A stretch of 64,000 nucleotides of DNA from Marsupella aquatica (GCA_973895155.1 OZ316894.1:9647440-9711439); one strand, 5' to 3'. Shown: positions 25,006 to 37,510, numbered from the stretch's first letter. Translations and numbers: made by a program. The notes: generated from the sequence alone by a model not told the origin.

Positions 25006-25123
25006 GCCACCTGGCGCTGTCCACGTGGCACAGGAGGGCCAATGCATGCAGGCCGCGTGGTAGGAACTCGACGTGTCTTGCTCCGAGTGTCTCTCGCCAA
25101 GTGGCAAATGTGTGCCACCTGGC
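25006..25123 (-). promoter_or_regulatory. ABRE/G-box, CE3-like and RY cluster upstream of the LEA gene
   Basis: GCCACCTGGC 25006, CCACGTGGC 25021, TGCATGCA ~25043, GCCGCGTGG 25052, GACGTGTC 25070, GCCAAGTGGC 25096, GCCACCTGGC 25114. Confidence 0.75.
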
Positions 25124-26559
25124 TGAGTGGGTTCGACTTTCCGTTTTCCTTCTCGAGAGTAAGTTTTGGAGCTTGGGTGCTCTTTTTCTCACCACGGTTT
25201 TTAGACCAAGTTCAATAAAATGTATACTATTAGTGACAAAATGAACATGCCTTACGAGTGCCTTCTGATGTGCTGACATTGCAAAATTGTTTTGTGATCA
25301 TTGAATTTAGATTTACTTTTTGGGACGTTGCATTTACTTTTTGAGACTTTAGAAACAAATATTCTCATTTGTGTGAAAGTGAAGCCCCTTGTATGTTGTA
25401 GTTTGGACGGAATTCAAAATGCTTTTTCAAGGAAAAGCAGGAAAGTGAAGCCCCTGGTCACAACTCAGTGCTCCCCTATATCACATTTTGGTGGGTCCAT
25501 GGGTATTTTGGGCTTATAACTTGATGATGATGAGTTTTAAAATAATTTTTATTTTTCATCAGCAAGGCAATTAGAGGAGGAGGAGAAATAAAACAGCACA
25601 ACCCTAATATTTCATATTGACACAATGAAAATTAATCTAATAAAATTACCACTATAAAATAAATAAATCATTTTCAATTAGTTTATTCTTGGTGGGCAAT
25701 AGGCACACTCTTACGCTCTTCCCCATGCTTGATCTTTCAACTTCTTCTTTTTTGAGAATAGGCACAGGTTACTTTATCAATGCTGTTTTTCATCCTCATC
25801 CTCCTCCAGTCTTTGTCCACTAGCTTTTTGGGTCGAATGTGAACATAAAATGCTCTTGCTCTTGCACTTGCTCACCTTGCTTTTCTCTTGCTTGTGCTCA
25901 TCTTCCACTTGCACTTGCTTCTGTTTGCTACCCTGTAACACCTTCTTCGTCCCCCTTGGTTTTGGGATTGAATTGGGAACAAACGTCTCCCTTTTCTTTG
26001 AGTTCCTTTTCTCCCTCTTGTTTGCTGCCCTCCTCCCTGGTGGCTGGATGGGGATAGAAGCAACCTTCTTTTTCAACTGGTGTTCTTTCTCTCTATGTCC
26101 ACAAAGCAATGATTTGTTCAAAAAAGGTTTTGGCACTTAGCAATCACCAGAGTCTCCCATATCTGTCCCACCTTGTATCACTGACCTTCTCACAACCTTT
26201 TATAGTCCTGGGCTGATACAATTGTGCCTTCTCCTACAGTAACTTTCTTTTGAGACCTTCTTTAATGCTAGATACATTTTCTTTTGAGACCTTCTTTGAT
26301 GCTAGATAAACTTCTTTTTGAGTAATTGCTTGGCTCTTCGTTCTAACCTGCACAACCAATTCAAATGTTTAACAAGGAGTTGATCGATTATATCTCTAAT
26401 ATGATTGTTTCCAATGATCATTAGAAACATTAGAAACCATTGAGGAGGGCTTAGAGCTTATTGTACGCCAGTCCAATGATCCTTATAAAATGCAAAAGTC
26501 TCCTCAAATGGGTGAATTCAATGACCACTGAGTGGGATTTATGTATCAAAATTATCCTT

Positions 26560-26975
26560 ACTAGTATCTCTGGGCATGAAATGGGGGTACCTCTTCAGTT
26601 GCACTTTAGGAGGATTCACATGCATGGGTTCTGAGCCGTTCATTTTGATATGGTGAAAGACATATATAGGGCACTGGAAGCTGTCTTGGCACTAGAGGCA
26701 GTCCGGGCATTGGAACGAGAGAATGCAATAATGGAAGAAGATTTAATTTCTAGAAAACACCTTGGGTCAGTGACATGCAAAAACTTATGATCAGGTGGAA
26801 AATACTCAGCACCACCTGTTGATTGACAATGTGGTCGTCCTCTTTGGAATTCGGCTGCCCAACTACATGATTGTCCTCCAGATGCTGAAGGGAATTGATT
26901 CCCCGACAACAATTCCGGCCCATCCTCCTCAGATTCAATGTATTTAAACTTCATCTGATTTTGGGATCGTAGCAT
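26560..26975 (-). pseudogene. Possible degenerate Helitron Rep (HUH) coding remnant
   Basis: SWAAEFQRGRPHC resembles the Helitron Rep motif EFQxRGxPHxH; downstream THACESS and KRYP fragments; interrupted by stops and frameshifts. Confidence 0.35.
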
Positions 26976-28499
26976 TAACTTGTCGAATGAAGGACGGGGA
27001 AATCGAATGTTCTCACTCGAGACAGATGTCGAATGAGACCGAGCTTTTCAGCCTCTCTTCCTCGTCATCTCGGCTGATACAAGTGATTCTGCAACCCTGA
27101 GCTTCGCAATCGCAGTGGTGCCCAGTGGAGTTGGATGTTGCCCCGTGTAGCTCTCGTAGCGTCCTTCAATCTGCGTGTCGCCGGGGGTTCAGTAGATCTA
27201 CACTGAATGACATAGTCGCAGGACAGGGATGTTCCAGGCAATATATGTCATCGAACGATACCATGCAACGATTCATTGAAATGATGAACCAAATCTTTAA
27301 TGACCTTCGAGTAATTGTCGAATCTATCACTGGTAGAGCGATCCATATCATCTCCCTGACCGAACTGCTCCTTCAATTGATTTCGGCAGTGTGATCAATT
27401 TCACAGGTCTCGCTGTGTGTCTTCTGGTTGTGCTGCCTCCCCCGGCTGCTCCGAGTGATCTATTGCATCTGTGAAATGCCCCTTTAGACCGTTGCGTGAA
27501 CGATCTTAATTGCGTAAAGGGAAGTCAAGTAAGTGATATTAATGGGTGCAGTAGTGAGGTATCGATCGAATCAACGTGGTGAGAGACTTGTTTCCTCCAA
27601 CATCAATAGAATTCAATGTGCACTGATGCAACTAAGGGCCAATAACTCAGCAAATGACATGCACAGGATCTCAAACAATATATCACAAACATTTAAAAGA
27701 TGATGGACTTTGATTAGTACCGTAGATTTGTTTACATACTTGACACAAAAACATTTGCACTTCTGATTCTACAATTACAAAACTTCTGAGTGTGTCGCAC
27801 GTACGGCCATTTTAAATTTGGACTTTCGCAGATCATATAAACACGTACTGACCATCTTAACTTCTGAATGTGGCTGCCTAAGGGCGTCGTAGAGTACGTC
27901 CATTTCCGAACTTCAGCCTGCGGTGCACGACACCGACACGTCATGGGAAAGTAGGTCTGCTGAGCTGAAGAAGTTAGAAGCTTCAGACGGCAAGATGAAA
28001 GGAAATCCTCGGCTGGGCTAAGGCCGCACTGCCGGAGTCCCAACGTAGGTCGCTATGGAAGTACTGCTCACACTTACCCCTAGCTTCACAGTCAAAAGGA
28101 GAAGGTCGTAGTGCCAGAAAGTGCGTCTGTTACAAACACACATTTTCAAGGAAAGGGGCACAATCATCGGCACCCAATTATTTTACACTAAGCAACTCTG
28201 ACTGTGGCACTTTTCATGGCCGGCTGTGCAACGCGATGACGCAATGGGTGCGCGACGAGACTCTTTAATAATTAATCGACGCGGCTAGCACCTCAGATTC
28301 TCCGTGCAGCCCTCCGGATGCCTAATCCGTAGGAGATATAATCTCATCACCCGGACCATGCAATTGGTTGCAGCCTTCCGAGGATCCCACCTACTTCGAA
28401 CAGTCCTCCTCACCCCTAGTTCCGTGCCTGCCAACTCCAGTCTGATCTGTAACGAAAACTGATTCGGCTTGCAATTATAACAGCTATTTTAAACTGGAT

Positions 28500-28980
28500 T
28501 TCAAGCAATATTGTAGAATTCTACAGTAGGTCTTCAATCAGACTTTGCCAGTAGATTCGCACTCAGATACCGGTTCTCCCTCGTGTTCTCCACTACTGCA
28601 CAGGGAATTACGGAAAAGCAATTGAAATGGCGCTTACGAACATTACACTAGGGGTTGCCAATCAGAAGTAAATGACTCATTATAGAGTTGCTCTTCAATC
28701 AGAGTTCTCCAGTCGATTAGCACTCAAATACCGGTTCTCCACGACTGTAAAGCTAGTGAATTATGGTAAAACAATTGAACCAGAGCTGGCGAACCTTACA
28801 GTAGGTTGCAAATCAAAAGTAATCGACTAAATTCTAGAGCTGCTCTTCAAGCAGAGTTCTCCAGTAGACTAGCAATGAAAATGCCGGTTCTCCACTACCG
28901 TACCGTAAAGTATGGTAAAACAATAATCGAACAATTGCTTGCGAACATTAGAGTAGGTTGCAAATTAAAAGTATTTGTCT
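28500..28980. repeat. Three diverged ~160-bp tandem units
   Basis: TCTTCAA.CAGA.TT..CCAGT.GA...GCA...A.AT.CCGGTTCTCC...CGAAC.TTA.A.TAGG..GCAAAT repeated three times. Confidence 0.8.
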
Positions 28981-29155
28981 GAGTAGATCTCCAATCTCCA
29001 GGAAAGCAGAACTTAAGGAAGCGTTCGGGTTGTATCTTCAGTCTCCGGAAACAAGGCCTAGGCATGTGAAATTTTACATCCAGGCCGGAGCCGTAGTCGC
29101 GATACATTTATCCTGAATCTGAAGATCTGATCATGCCGACATAGATCCTGGGCCC

Positions 29156-29211
29156 ATTATAACAAGCAGGGCAGTATATCAAGGTCGGCTTACTGCCCTG
29201 CTTGTTATAAT
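29156..29211. other. Perfect 21-bp inverted repeat with a 14-nt loop
   Basis: ATTATAACAAGCAGGGCAGTA-tatcaaggtcggct-TACTGCCCTGCTTGTTATAAT. Confidence 0.9.
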
Positions 29212-29732
29212 AGAATTATGGCACTTGCCGTGTGGACCCCAACAATGTGTCTCAGCTCGACTCGGTTCCCTCGACTCGGATCATCCGAATCCGCGGAAAC
29301 GACCGACTTGGTACAAACTACAAATAGTGACCAGGGTGCTTTCCAATACTCATCACGTCTTCGTAGGAACGGTACAGTAATATGATTGAAGAGAGGATTT
29401 CACAATCTGGTTCTGTACTCAATTAGTTCGGATCTTTCAGACAGAGTTCAACCTTGGAAACACGTCAGATCGATAGAGCGACTTTACAGGAAGTTCATAA
29501 TCTGCATTCCGTGAACATTTGAGGCGCTCACTTCTACTTTCATAACTTGAACTGGTGGAGGACATTTCCAGAGAGGTCTGTGCCTTGGTCGATCAATTAG
29601 TTGGAGAGTTGAGTTCAAGGCTTTGACTCAAACGAGTACAATTCAACGGCGAGCTCGCGGAGCTGTGCGCTTGTGTGATTGTGGAATCTGCTGACAGAGA
29701 GAGATTGCACTTGATACTTGAGTTCGATCACA

Positions 29733-30714
29733 ATGTCAGAACATCATCACGGCCACAATCACGGCCATCAACATGATCACCATAAGGAGAAGCACCACGG
29801 GCATCATCAGCACCACGAGGGATCGGGGCATTACAGTGGATATGAGGGCAGCAATCCTGGGTATTACCAAGCTCCGTATGGACAGCTACCACCACCTGAG
29901 TATGGATATGGTGCACCAGTTGGATACCCACAGCCCGGTCCATACGGAGGCCAACCTGGCTACGGACAGCCCTCCTATTATGCTCCGGATGGCAGGATCG
30001 AAGCAGCGAACCACGCCTATGCCCAAGACCACCAACACAAGCAACATGAGCACATGGGCGAGTTAGGAGCTCTTGGGGCTGGCGCTTTCGCCTTGGTAAG
30101 CTTCTGTACTAATTTCTAACTATCCATGATTGAGCCTGCTGTGAGCCCTCATTTTGTAAGTTCGATTTGAGTTCCTAATCAAGGCTTTGTTCTCTGCCTT
30201 TTCAACACAATCAAACGGGCAAAGAAATCAATCACACAAGTTATCTATTAATTTTGCGCGGCCAAAACCTAGACCTGCTGGCAATTGACCGATCTGTCAG
30301 TGTTACAAGTTATTTACATCAAGGGACATATATAGACGAGTGATTGACATCGTAGTGAGGTCGATCTAGCAGAAATCAAATAGCTCTCGCAACTTTTGCT
30401 GCCAGCCAATATATGCCATTTCAAACTGTGAAAGTTTTCCTGGTTTCTCAATGACCAGGATATTTACAGAATTGTCCATTCAGTTGGATCCTCACTGACA
30501 CGATGTTTCTTTGTTTGTGGGCCTTCAGTATGAGCATCACGAAGTGAAGGTAGACCCGGAACACGCGGGAAGACATCGGGTGGAGGAATCAGTAGCCGGG
30601 GCTGCTGCGCTGGGCGCAGGTGGCTATGCTGTGTACGAGCACCAGCAGGTGCGACAAGATCACAAGGTCGTGGCGGAGGGGCACAAAACGAAGCATCACC
30701 ATTTCTTCTCCTAG
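29733..30714 (+). CDS. ASR: ASR (abscisic acid/stress/ripening; ABA/WDS) protein with His-rich and Gly/Pro/Tyr-rich N-terminus. Exons 29733-30095 and 30529-30714
   Basis: HKQHEHMGELGALGAGAFAL|YEHHEVKVDPEHAGRHRVEESVAGAAALGAGGYAVYEH...KHHHFF is the ABA/WDS domain; the intron is at the usual ASR position. Confidence 0.93.
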
Positions 30715-32499
30715 AGCCATTGCTTCAGCATTTTGGCAAATCGCAGGTTATCTACAGTAGATTTGCAGTTATATGTTGATTTTCGGTTACAACATGATCC
30801 AAATGGCTGTCACGTACAATACTTCACTCTAGCGTCCTGACTCTTAGTGATGAAAAGCATCCACAGCCGGAGAGAGAAGTTAACCAGCCATCATATTCTG
30901 TTGGTAGTCAATGTAATATATACACTCAAGCACTGAATTCAATAACTCTAGTAAGACTTAGTGGTTGGATTTGAACAAGCTGCCCTCGCTAGTCTAGTGT
31001 TCAACGATATTTGATTACGTCTCTGCTGTGCACATGACACAAGAGGCAGACATTGTGCATATAGTAAGTACTCGACTGCGATCCAGGCGTTTTATTTGTC
31101 CTTCGTCTAGAAGAGGACGCCGGCCGACTCACTCTATACAAATATAGATTTTCCCAGCGATGATTGGGCAGAGTCTAAGGAACTGCAATGAGAACTACAT
31201 GGATGATGGCCTTGATAAATTGGAGTAATGGGAAGATTGTGCTTAAATGAGACAGCAATCCAGATTGTATGATCGCAATGTACTCTAATATATCAAGATA
31301 AACTGGAGAAATTAGTTTGATGGACCTTCAAGTTTGATGAAATGCTCCTATCAATGGACATTTGCAACTGGGATGTACCTTTGCAAAACTCACTTCTGGG
31401 TTTGGACACACTTAACACTTTCGTATGAAGGGCTGTAGGGGGTATTCCATCCGTTGTAGAATAGTGTGAGTGAGTTTTAATGGCGTCGCTTGCGACAAGC
31501 TGCGATTGCGAGGGGCCCCAATTTCTTATGATTAGCTGAGGGTGGGGAGCATTGAGGTTATGATTAGTTGCGATGGGAAAGTATGAGACCTCTGCCACTG
31601 GCACAGAGGATGGACTGATGCAAGTACTATTGATCACTGACTGAATCTTCTACATCCTGAGTCACCCCAAATGAACCTGTAACTCCTCTTTAGTGAGTAT
31701 CTTTTACCCCTCTTTAGTGAGTATCTTTTACTGTCACACAATGTCTGGTCCACAAGGGTTCCATGGTTCATGTGCTAGGTCCATACTGGCTTCAAGTTCC
31801 AGATTATATGATCTCAATGTCCATTTTTTTTCTTTTGGGGGGGGGGGGGAGTGTGTGAATTGTTATATTTTTTTCTGGAGACCTTATTTGTTTTTGGGTT
31901 GGTTGTTGTGCTGTGTGGCTTTTTGTTGGTTTGTGAAAGAAAGACGCAACCTTTTTTTAAGGTGCCAATAATTTTGGGTTGATTGTGCATGTATTATGGA
32001 GACTGAGGGTGGTTATTTATTTTGGCCTATTGATTCTCTTCAGTCTGTCATTGCTGAGGGAACCCTCTTGAATTGCTGTTACATAACCATGGTGTTTAGT
32101 CCACAGCATCTTTTGCACAATGTCATCATGTTTGCGAATGACATTTTTCACAGAGACTACGTCTTTAACCCAACAACATAGTTTGCCATTGAGACACTTT
32201 ACGCAATGACATCCCCTGTGCAACTCACAAATAATGAGCTAGTAAAATATAACAGTTTTATATTGAAGTAATAAATGGACTCATATATTTTCCAAGATTC
32301 TTGCAGATTAAATGGCTGATCTATTTTAGGGGTGACAGCCCAATCTCCATTCCTTGCATGATTTGTGGGGGCAAGGTACAGGCAGCAAAGCAGAGGGCAA
32401 TGAGTTTAGGGTGTTTTTTTGTTATCGTCAGACAATTTGATGAAAAGACAGTTTTCAACAAAAGCTAAGGACTTTACCCTGCCTGAATTTTTCTCTTTG

Positions 32500-33780
32500 T
32501 ATTATTCAGGGCATTATGGGAGCATAATGCCTGAGTCAGGATCCAGAATGATTCTCTCTATAGGACATTCTCCTCTAATCTCACTAAAGTTAGAAAAAAG
32601 ATACATTATCTCAGGCCTTTAACTGGAGTAAGGTCCTGTTTCCTTCCAGATCATTATGGGCAATAATTGTGACTCAAAATCTGAACTGCAGCTCTCCTTT
32701 GGGAGCATTGTATCACAAAGCTATAGAGAAGAAGGTTGCTAAGCATAATTGGCAATAATTGCCAATCAAAATTTGTACCGAAGTACTGAGAGACATGATT
32801 TTGTGGTAACTCACTTAAGTAGAGATTGATAGGTCTCGGTTAAACTATTGTGATTGACCCTTTCTATTGGGTTTCATAGATTTCTCCTTTATTAATAATA
32901 ATAACAATAAAACTTGAACTGAAGCTCTCCTTTTATGGGGCTTTGTATCCCATAATGCCCTCTCAGAAGGACTTTGCACACTATAGAGAGGATCCAAGAT
33001 CCACCAGAATAGGCTGAATTGGATATTATAGTGTGTAAATGGGCTGAACAATTCCCCTTATTTAGAGGCAATAATTGCCTATCAAAACTTGAACTGAATC
33101 TCTCCTTTTATGGGGCACCTCGGGGAGGGGGGGGGGGGGGGGGGTCACTTCCACGGAAGTGGTACATCACGTGCGATAAAGTATAGGCCCATTTAAATGG
33201 GTGCGGCGGAAGACTTCCAAAGTTTGGTGGAAAAACGCATAGGGCATGTTTTATTGACTGGTCTACTTTAAACAACACATAGGCCTTTAAAGTTTTTAGG
33301 GGTTTTAAGTAAAAAATGACAAAATTTAAAGAAAGAAAGGGTTTTGCACAAAAAAAATTCACTTATAAGTTAGGGGGGTCAAACCCTAAACGTCGCACGT
33401 GATGTATGGCCCTCCATATAGTGACCCATACATATAGTGACTATGCCAGTGTGTGCCCCTATATGGAGGGCCATACAACGGCCGAGGCATATATGGGGCA
33501 GCGGGAAGCACATATGTGTTGGGGGTGCACATTTTTTCCATCAATGGTAAGGAAAATAGCTAATCGAATCCAATGGCTGTGGATCTTTCCTGCCCAGGAG
33601 TCTTTTTATATTGGGACGAAGGACAAAAATTTGTGGGATCCCTTATTATAGTTGTATATTGTATCCCGTAAGGCCCTCTCAAGAGGACTCACAATACACA
33701 GAGGACCAAAAGAATAGGCTCAATTGAATAGTGTATTGGGTAAATGTGTAAATAGGCAGAACACTTCCCATTATTTAGAG
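32500..33780. repeat. Degenerate tandem units (GGCAATAATTG...TGAACTG..CTCTCCT...TTGTATC) interrupted by an insertion
   Basis: The unit at ~32910-33070 recurs at ~33085-33117 plus 33659-33780. Confidence 0.7.
33118..33658 (-). mobile_element. Helitron-like non-autonomous element inserted between A and T with no TSD
   Basis: Removing it restores GGGGCA^TTGTATCC of the host repeat; 5' end TATACAACTATAATAAGG (TCTACAAC.. in the sister copy at 4396); hairpin CACTTCC-ac-GGAAGTG near the 3' end. Confidence 0.7.
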
Positions 33781-33784
33781 GTTA

Positions 33785-34505
33785 CTAGCTCAATACCCGT
33801 GCGTTGCACAAAGATGTCGTGTTGCCAATGATATTGTACCTCGTCATGCCAAAGGTTTCGTTAAGTATAACAATGTTGTTAAGTACAAAATAACTCAATA
33901 CCCGTAAGTTGCACAAAAGATGTAGTGTCGCCCAAGATGTCGTTATGGGAAAGTGTTGAGCATAGACGACACTCGTAACGATAAGCACATGACACATCCA
34001 ACACGCAAGTAGTCGACACAAGAGATACGTGGTTCACCTCCTTGAGACTACGTCCACGGGAACACACAAGAGAGCTTTACTGAACTCTAAGCCCGTCGGC
34101 TATACCAAGTCTCCACAGTGTAAGCTCTCCTCATCTCTCAAGTGACCCCATATCAATGAGCCTAAGTTCCACTTATCCAAGCAAACACCGTTTGGCATAT
34201 AGTGTGCATCCTAGTTAACCTAACCACGTCTCCGACTACGGTTAGTCTAACTACGGTTACATGCCGTAACCCTAGACCTTGAGTAAATACCTAACAGAAA
34301 GATGTTGTGAAGTAAAAGGATGTCGTCAAGATCGATGAAGTTTGTTTTGCCAAAGATATAGTTATGTGAAAGATGTTGTCAAGTAAAAGATGTGGTTAAG
34401 AAAAAAAAAGTCATTTTGCCAACATGTTGTCAAATAAAAAGTTGTCATCAAGTAAATAGCTGTAGAGTAAAAAAAATGTTGTTAACAAAGAAAAGTAGTT
34501 TAGGA
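33785..34505 (-). mobile_element. Non-autonomous Helitron
   Basis: Minus strand ends ...GTGCAACGCACGGGTATTGAG-CTAG|T, the typical plant Helitron hairpin plus CTAG; candidate 5' end A|TCCTAAACTAC at 34505; internal AAGATGT(T/C)GT repeats. Confidence 0.7.
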
Positions 34506-34677
34506 TTTAGAGGTGCACTCCAAAACCTGAAACAAGGTTTATTACAAACACCGACTTATCGGGATTGTCTTCGCGTCTGGGTATGATAGTTGAAATCCTC
34601 GTCCAGATTCGAAGATCGCTTTTCTGAAAGCTGATCTAGAAGAGAGGCGACGAGCAGAGCACCAATTCAGCTCAGCT

Positions 34678-36183
34678 ATGGAGGCCGTGCGCCAATTGAG
34701 CTCCTTCAGCAGCAGCTCCTTCTGGCCTCGCCGTGCCGCCTCTTCCGTAGCTCTTCAAGATGGGAGTGGCATCAACAATGCCCACCCACTCGCGTCCTCT
34801 TCGTCCTGTGGCGATGGCCACTTCCTGAGAACGAGAAGGGCAAACACGAGCTGCAGCGTCGTGATCCGATGTGCTTCCAAAAAGACTGGCGGCGGTGGTG
34901 GTGGCGGTGGTGTGGCTTCCACAAGGGGCGGTGGATTCGGTACCAAGACAGCTCCTAAAAAACCATGTAAGTCAGTCTTTCACCCTTCTAGGCGTGGAAC
35001 AAACAGAACGCAGCCAGATGAATGAACGAAAGGATCGAATTCGGGCGAGTTCGGTTCTATTTGTTTATGTGATTAATTCTTTCTTTCTTGCTTGCTTTCT
35101 TTCTTTCTTGTAATGTGTGTTCAGTTGAGTTTGGGGTTCTAGTTGATTGATGGCTTTCCCCTAGCTCCCATTCCCTTCACCTGTGGGAATGCAGCCGAGA
35201 GAATGCACCGAATTAGGGTTTTAGTTATTTTGGTTGACTCTCTTTTTTGTGGAGTTCAGTTTGAAGTTTGGGCCGATCGATAGGTTACAGTACTTGGATC
35301 CCATTGCCTTTGATGCTCGCATACGTCCTCTGATACCGTTGTACTTGGTTTTGATGGAATTGAATTGGATTTGTTTTGAATTGAATGCTGAACGTCCCAT
35401 GATGTGCTATTGAATTTTCTAGCATTTGATGCCGGAGTTTTACTCAGGAGGTCTGAACAATTATATCGAAAATTGCTCGCGGAGCACGTAAGCGAGGGCG
35501 AGATTCGTGAATTCGTAATTTGCGTGCGGGAGAAGAAAAGTGCAACCAACAAATCAATATCCGTGTTGGACGATTGGCTTCCTGTTGCAGAACTTGCACT
35601 GGTCTCGGAGCAGGATGCTTCTGAGGCGTTACCCGTTCTTCTCCCCATTCTCTGCCGTGAGGTTGCAGAATGTGCTGCCAAGGGAGCAGTGGCTCTTCGC
35701 AGTATATCACGGAGTGGGCTCGAGTATGCATACGAACCAGCTGAAGCTTTCTACGAGCATGTTATGTCAGGCTCGAACGTGAAGTTGTCAAGCACAGAGT
35801 GTCCGTACGCTGTGCTGGGACTGCCAAAAGGAGCTTCTGCGTCTGAGGTCCGTGCTGCCTACAGGTCTCTAGCAGCGAAGAACCATCCAGACAGGCAATT
35901 CGGAGCTGATGCAAGCGCTGCTGAAGTGGAATTCAAACGAGTGACAAGTGCCTATGATCAAATTAAAAGAGCCGGGCTGGCTTCAGAAGGAGGGCCAACC
36001 TATGCTTCTCTTGGTGGAAACGCTCGCAATGGACTCAGCGAGCCAATTGTTATCAATAGTAATAACAGGTCCTCGGACCTGCCTAACGGTGTCAAAGTGG
36101 CTGTCCGGCAGCTTGATTCTGAGATTATATCTCAATTTTTGACTCGTTTATATGCCCGGTCAGGTGGTGCAACTGCAGTGTAG
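34678..36183 (+). CDS. Plastid-targeted J-domain (DnaJ type III) protein. Exons 34678-34966 and 35423-36183
   Basis: Ser-rich transit peptide ending VIRCA; CPYAVLGLPKGASASEVRAAYRSLAAKNHPD...EFKRVTSAYDQI J-domain with HPD; phase-1 GT-AG intron. Confidence 0.88.
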
Positions 36184-37383
36184 TTCTGGAGCCGGACTGG
36201 AAGATTTTATAGTAGATGAAGTGAAACGAGAGTATTTCACATGCTGCACGGACACCGAGAGGATCGACTGAAATAAGGTTGGGACTTGACAATGACACCT
36301 GAAAAGTAGGTATTTATTTCATTTGATGTGCTTTGACACTGGGTCCTGTGTCGGTGTCGGCACCAATTATTCGTGGGTTTAATACACATGACGATTTTGT
36401 TAGAGCAACTCATTGCTCAAAACTTGGCCCTCCCATCTTCGGAGTGGCATCCCGAAAAGGCCAGCCTCGGGACATGAATGTACTCAGCAATCCAACAATG
36501 TAGAGCAGGTGTTTTGTGGATGTACGTGTTAGTAGCATTATGGATCCATTGATTTTTTCGCATACGGTAGCAGTGGAATCTCAATAGAAGGCAGTGTTCC
36601 CTCCAAACAGATGATTGCTTTGTATCTCGGTGTTTAAATTAATAGAAACTTCTTATCGATCCTGACAATATAAGGTCAAGCCTCCCGTGTTGTCTATCAT
36701 CAAGCTTTACCAGTGACCTTCCTGATTTGCCCTTCTTCTCGTGCCCTTACCTGGGCACAAGTGGAAGCCAGTGTCCGGATTCATGTTTGTAAATGCTGAG
36801 GTACCCTACATTCTGGATTCGGGTGGCTTCAAATTGTCGGCTCCCTTAAAGAAGGAATATCGCGATTAGCATTTCTCGATTGGTAGCTCTTGCCCAAATC
36901 CTCTGGTTCATATGCGAACCTTCCAGATCAAATGCAACGACCGTATAAAGAATGTGGCAGTTCTGCGTTTGTCCTTCCCTCGTTCAAAAATGTCATAATC
37001 GCGGTGATGGGTTTCATGATTCGAAATGCCAGCCCTCAACTGATAGAAAATCGACGTAAAAGTAGCATGAAGGCTCAAAAACAGATCCGTTGTTCTCCGA
37101 AATACAAACAAAATGCAGGGGTACATTCTTTAATTAGAATGAAACCCAGGAAACTATACAAATGTTCAGCATGAGTGCTAATAAAATTGCGCTAGAAATT
37201 AATCCCCAGACACTTCCTCCACTGTGCCCTTTCCACGCAAAGTTCTACAGAACTACCAGTACTGTCCACGGTCTGCTAGATTACAATTCCTTCTGTCCTG
37301 ATGTGCTTTCGGGGCAGTCTGTTGTAAAACTACCTTAGCGACTGACACTTCCTCAAGTACATCCTTCCACAGAATGGGGTAGA

Positions 37384-37510
37384 TTGTCGCGTAGCGCAAG
37401 CAGCACTGATCCCATGATTGCCTCTTTCACACTACCTCCAATCCGTCCTTTCTACAAAGTGGGGCAGTTTGTCGTGTAGAGCAAGCAGCACTGATCCCAT
37501 GATTGCCTCG
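37384..37510. repeat. ~42-bp direct repeat
   Basis: TTGTCG.GTAG.GCAAGCAGCACTGATCCCATGATTGCCTC occurs twice, about 85 bp apart. Confidence 0.8.
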
